NCBI GenBank assembly: GCA_035221665.1
Contig: CM069142.1
Coordinates: forward strand, 7,192,001-7,256,000
Reading direction: 5' to 3'
DNA from: Okamejei kenojei
Taxonomy: Eukaryota
Length of the DNA: 64,000 bases
Shown piece after piece: positions 63,277-64,000 of this stretch. The stretch's first letter is position 1. Each line of letters starts with the position of its first letter. Under the pieces are notes generated by a model, which was not told the origin of the DNA, did not search any database, and saw only the letters and a list, made by a program, of their open reading frames with translations. Position numbers and translations under genes: made by a program.

Positions 63277-64000
63277 CAGTGCCCTCCATAATGTTGGGGA
63301 CAAAGACCCGTCATTTATTTATTTGCCTCTCTACTCCACACTTTGAGATTTGTAATAGAAAAAAAAATCACATGTGGTTAAAGTGCACATTTTAATAAAG
63401 GCAATTTTTAAACATTTTGGTTTCACCATGTAGAAATTACTGCAGTGTTTATACATAGTTCCCCCATTTCAGGGCACCATAATGTTTGGGACACAGCAAT
63501 GTCATGTAAATGAAAGTAGTCATGTTTAGTATTTTGTTGCATATCCTTTGCATGCAATGACTGCTTGAAGTCTGCGATTCATGGACATCACCAGTTGCTG
63601 GGTGTCTTCTCTGGTGATGCTCTGCCAGGCCTGTATTGCAGCCATCTTTAGCTTATGCTTGTTTTGGGGGCTAGTCCCCTTCAGTTTTCTCTTCAGCATA
63701 TAAAAGGCATGCTCATTGGGTTCAGATCGGTGATTAACTTGGCCACTCAAGAATTGACCATTTTCCAGCTTTGAAAAACTCCTTTGTTGCTTTAGCAGTG
63801 TGTTTGGGATCATTGTTATGCTGCAGAATAAACCGCCAATGAGTTTTGAACTTGAGCAGATAGGATGTGTCTATACACTTCAGAATTCATTGTGCTACTA
63901 CCATCAGCAGTTGTATCATCAATAATCATCATAAGTGAGCCAGTTCTTCAGCAGCCATACATGCCCAGGCCATAACACCCCCACCACCGTGTTTCACTGA
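63277..64000 (-). mobile_element. Tc1/mariner transposon end with transposase C-terminus
   Basis: TA|CAGTG terminus and an inner direct repeat at about 63470 (IR/DR type). ORF 63526-63813 ends EHAFYMLKRKL...LVMSMNRRLQAVIACKGYATKY. Confidence 0.9.

Overview
Eukaryotic, intron-rich vertebrate DNA. The CR1/Penelope/V-SINE repeat landscape suggests a cartilaginous fish, probably a skate or ray (inference). Three genes can be assembled by hand from splice sites. (1) The last 10 coding exons of CIP2A on + (255-11468). (2) A B7-family HHLA2/B7-H7-like gene on - (leader-IgV-IgC-IgV-TM, about 360 aa, 27559->13729), tail-to-tail with CIP2A. (3) Directly upstream of it on the same strand, an Ig-superfamily receptor gene with a TMIGD2/CD28H-like, germline-joined VJ-type V domain, a C1-set domain, a TM exon and a candidate ITIM-bearing tail (62624->39740). 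The main finding is that a homologue of the HHLA2 receptor TMIGD2, with an antigen-receptor-like V-C1 architecture, appears to sit next to its presumptive ligand gene. The rest is CR1, L1, Penelope (with hammerhead-ribozyme motifs), Rex/Babar-like, SINE, Helitron, hAT, Harbinger and Tc1 elements, plus minisatellites. Homology calls come from recalled sequences and motifs, not from database searches. Repeat boundaries are approximate unless TSDs or TIRs are stated.
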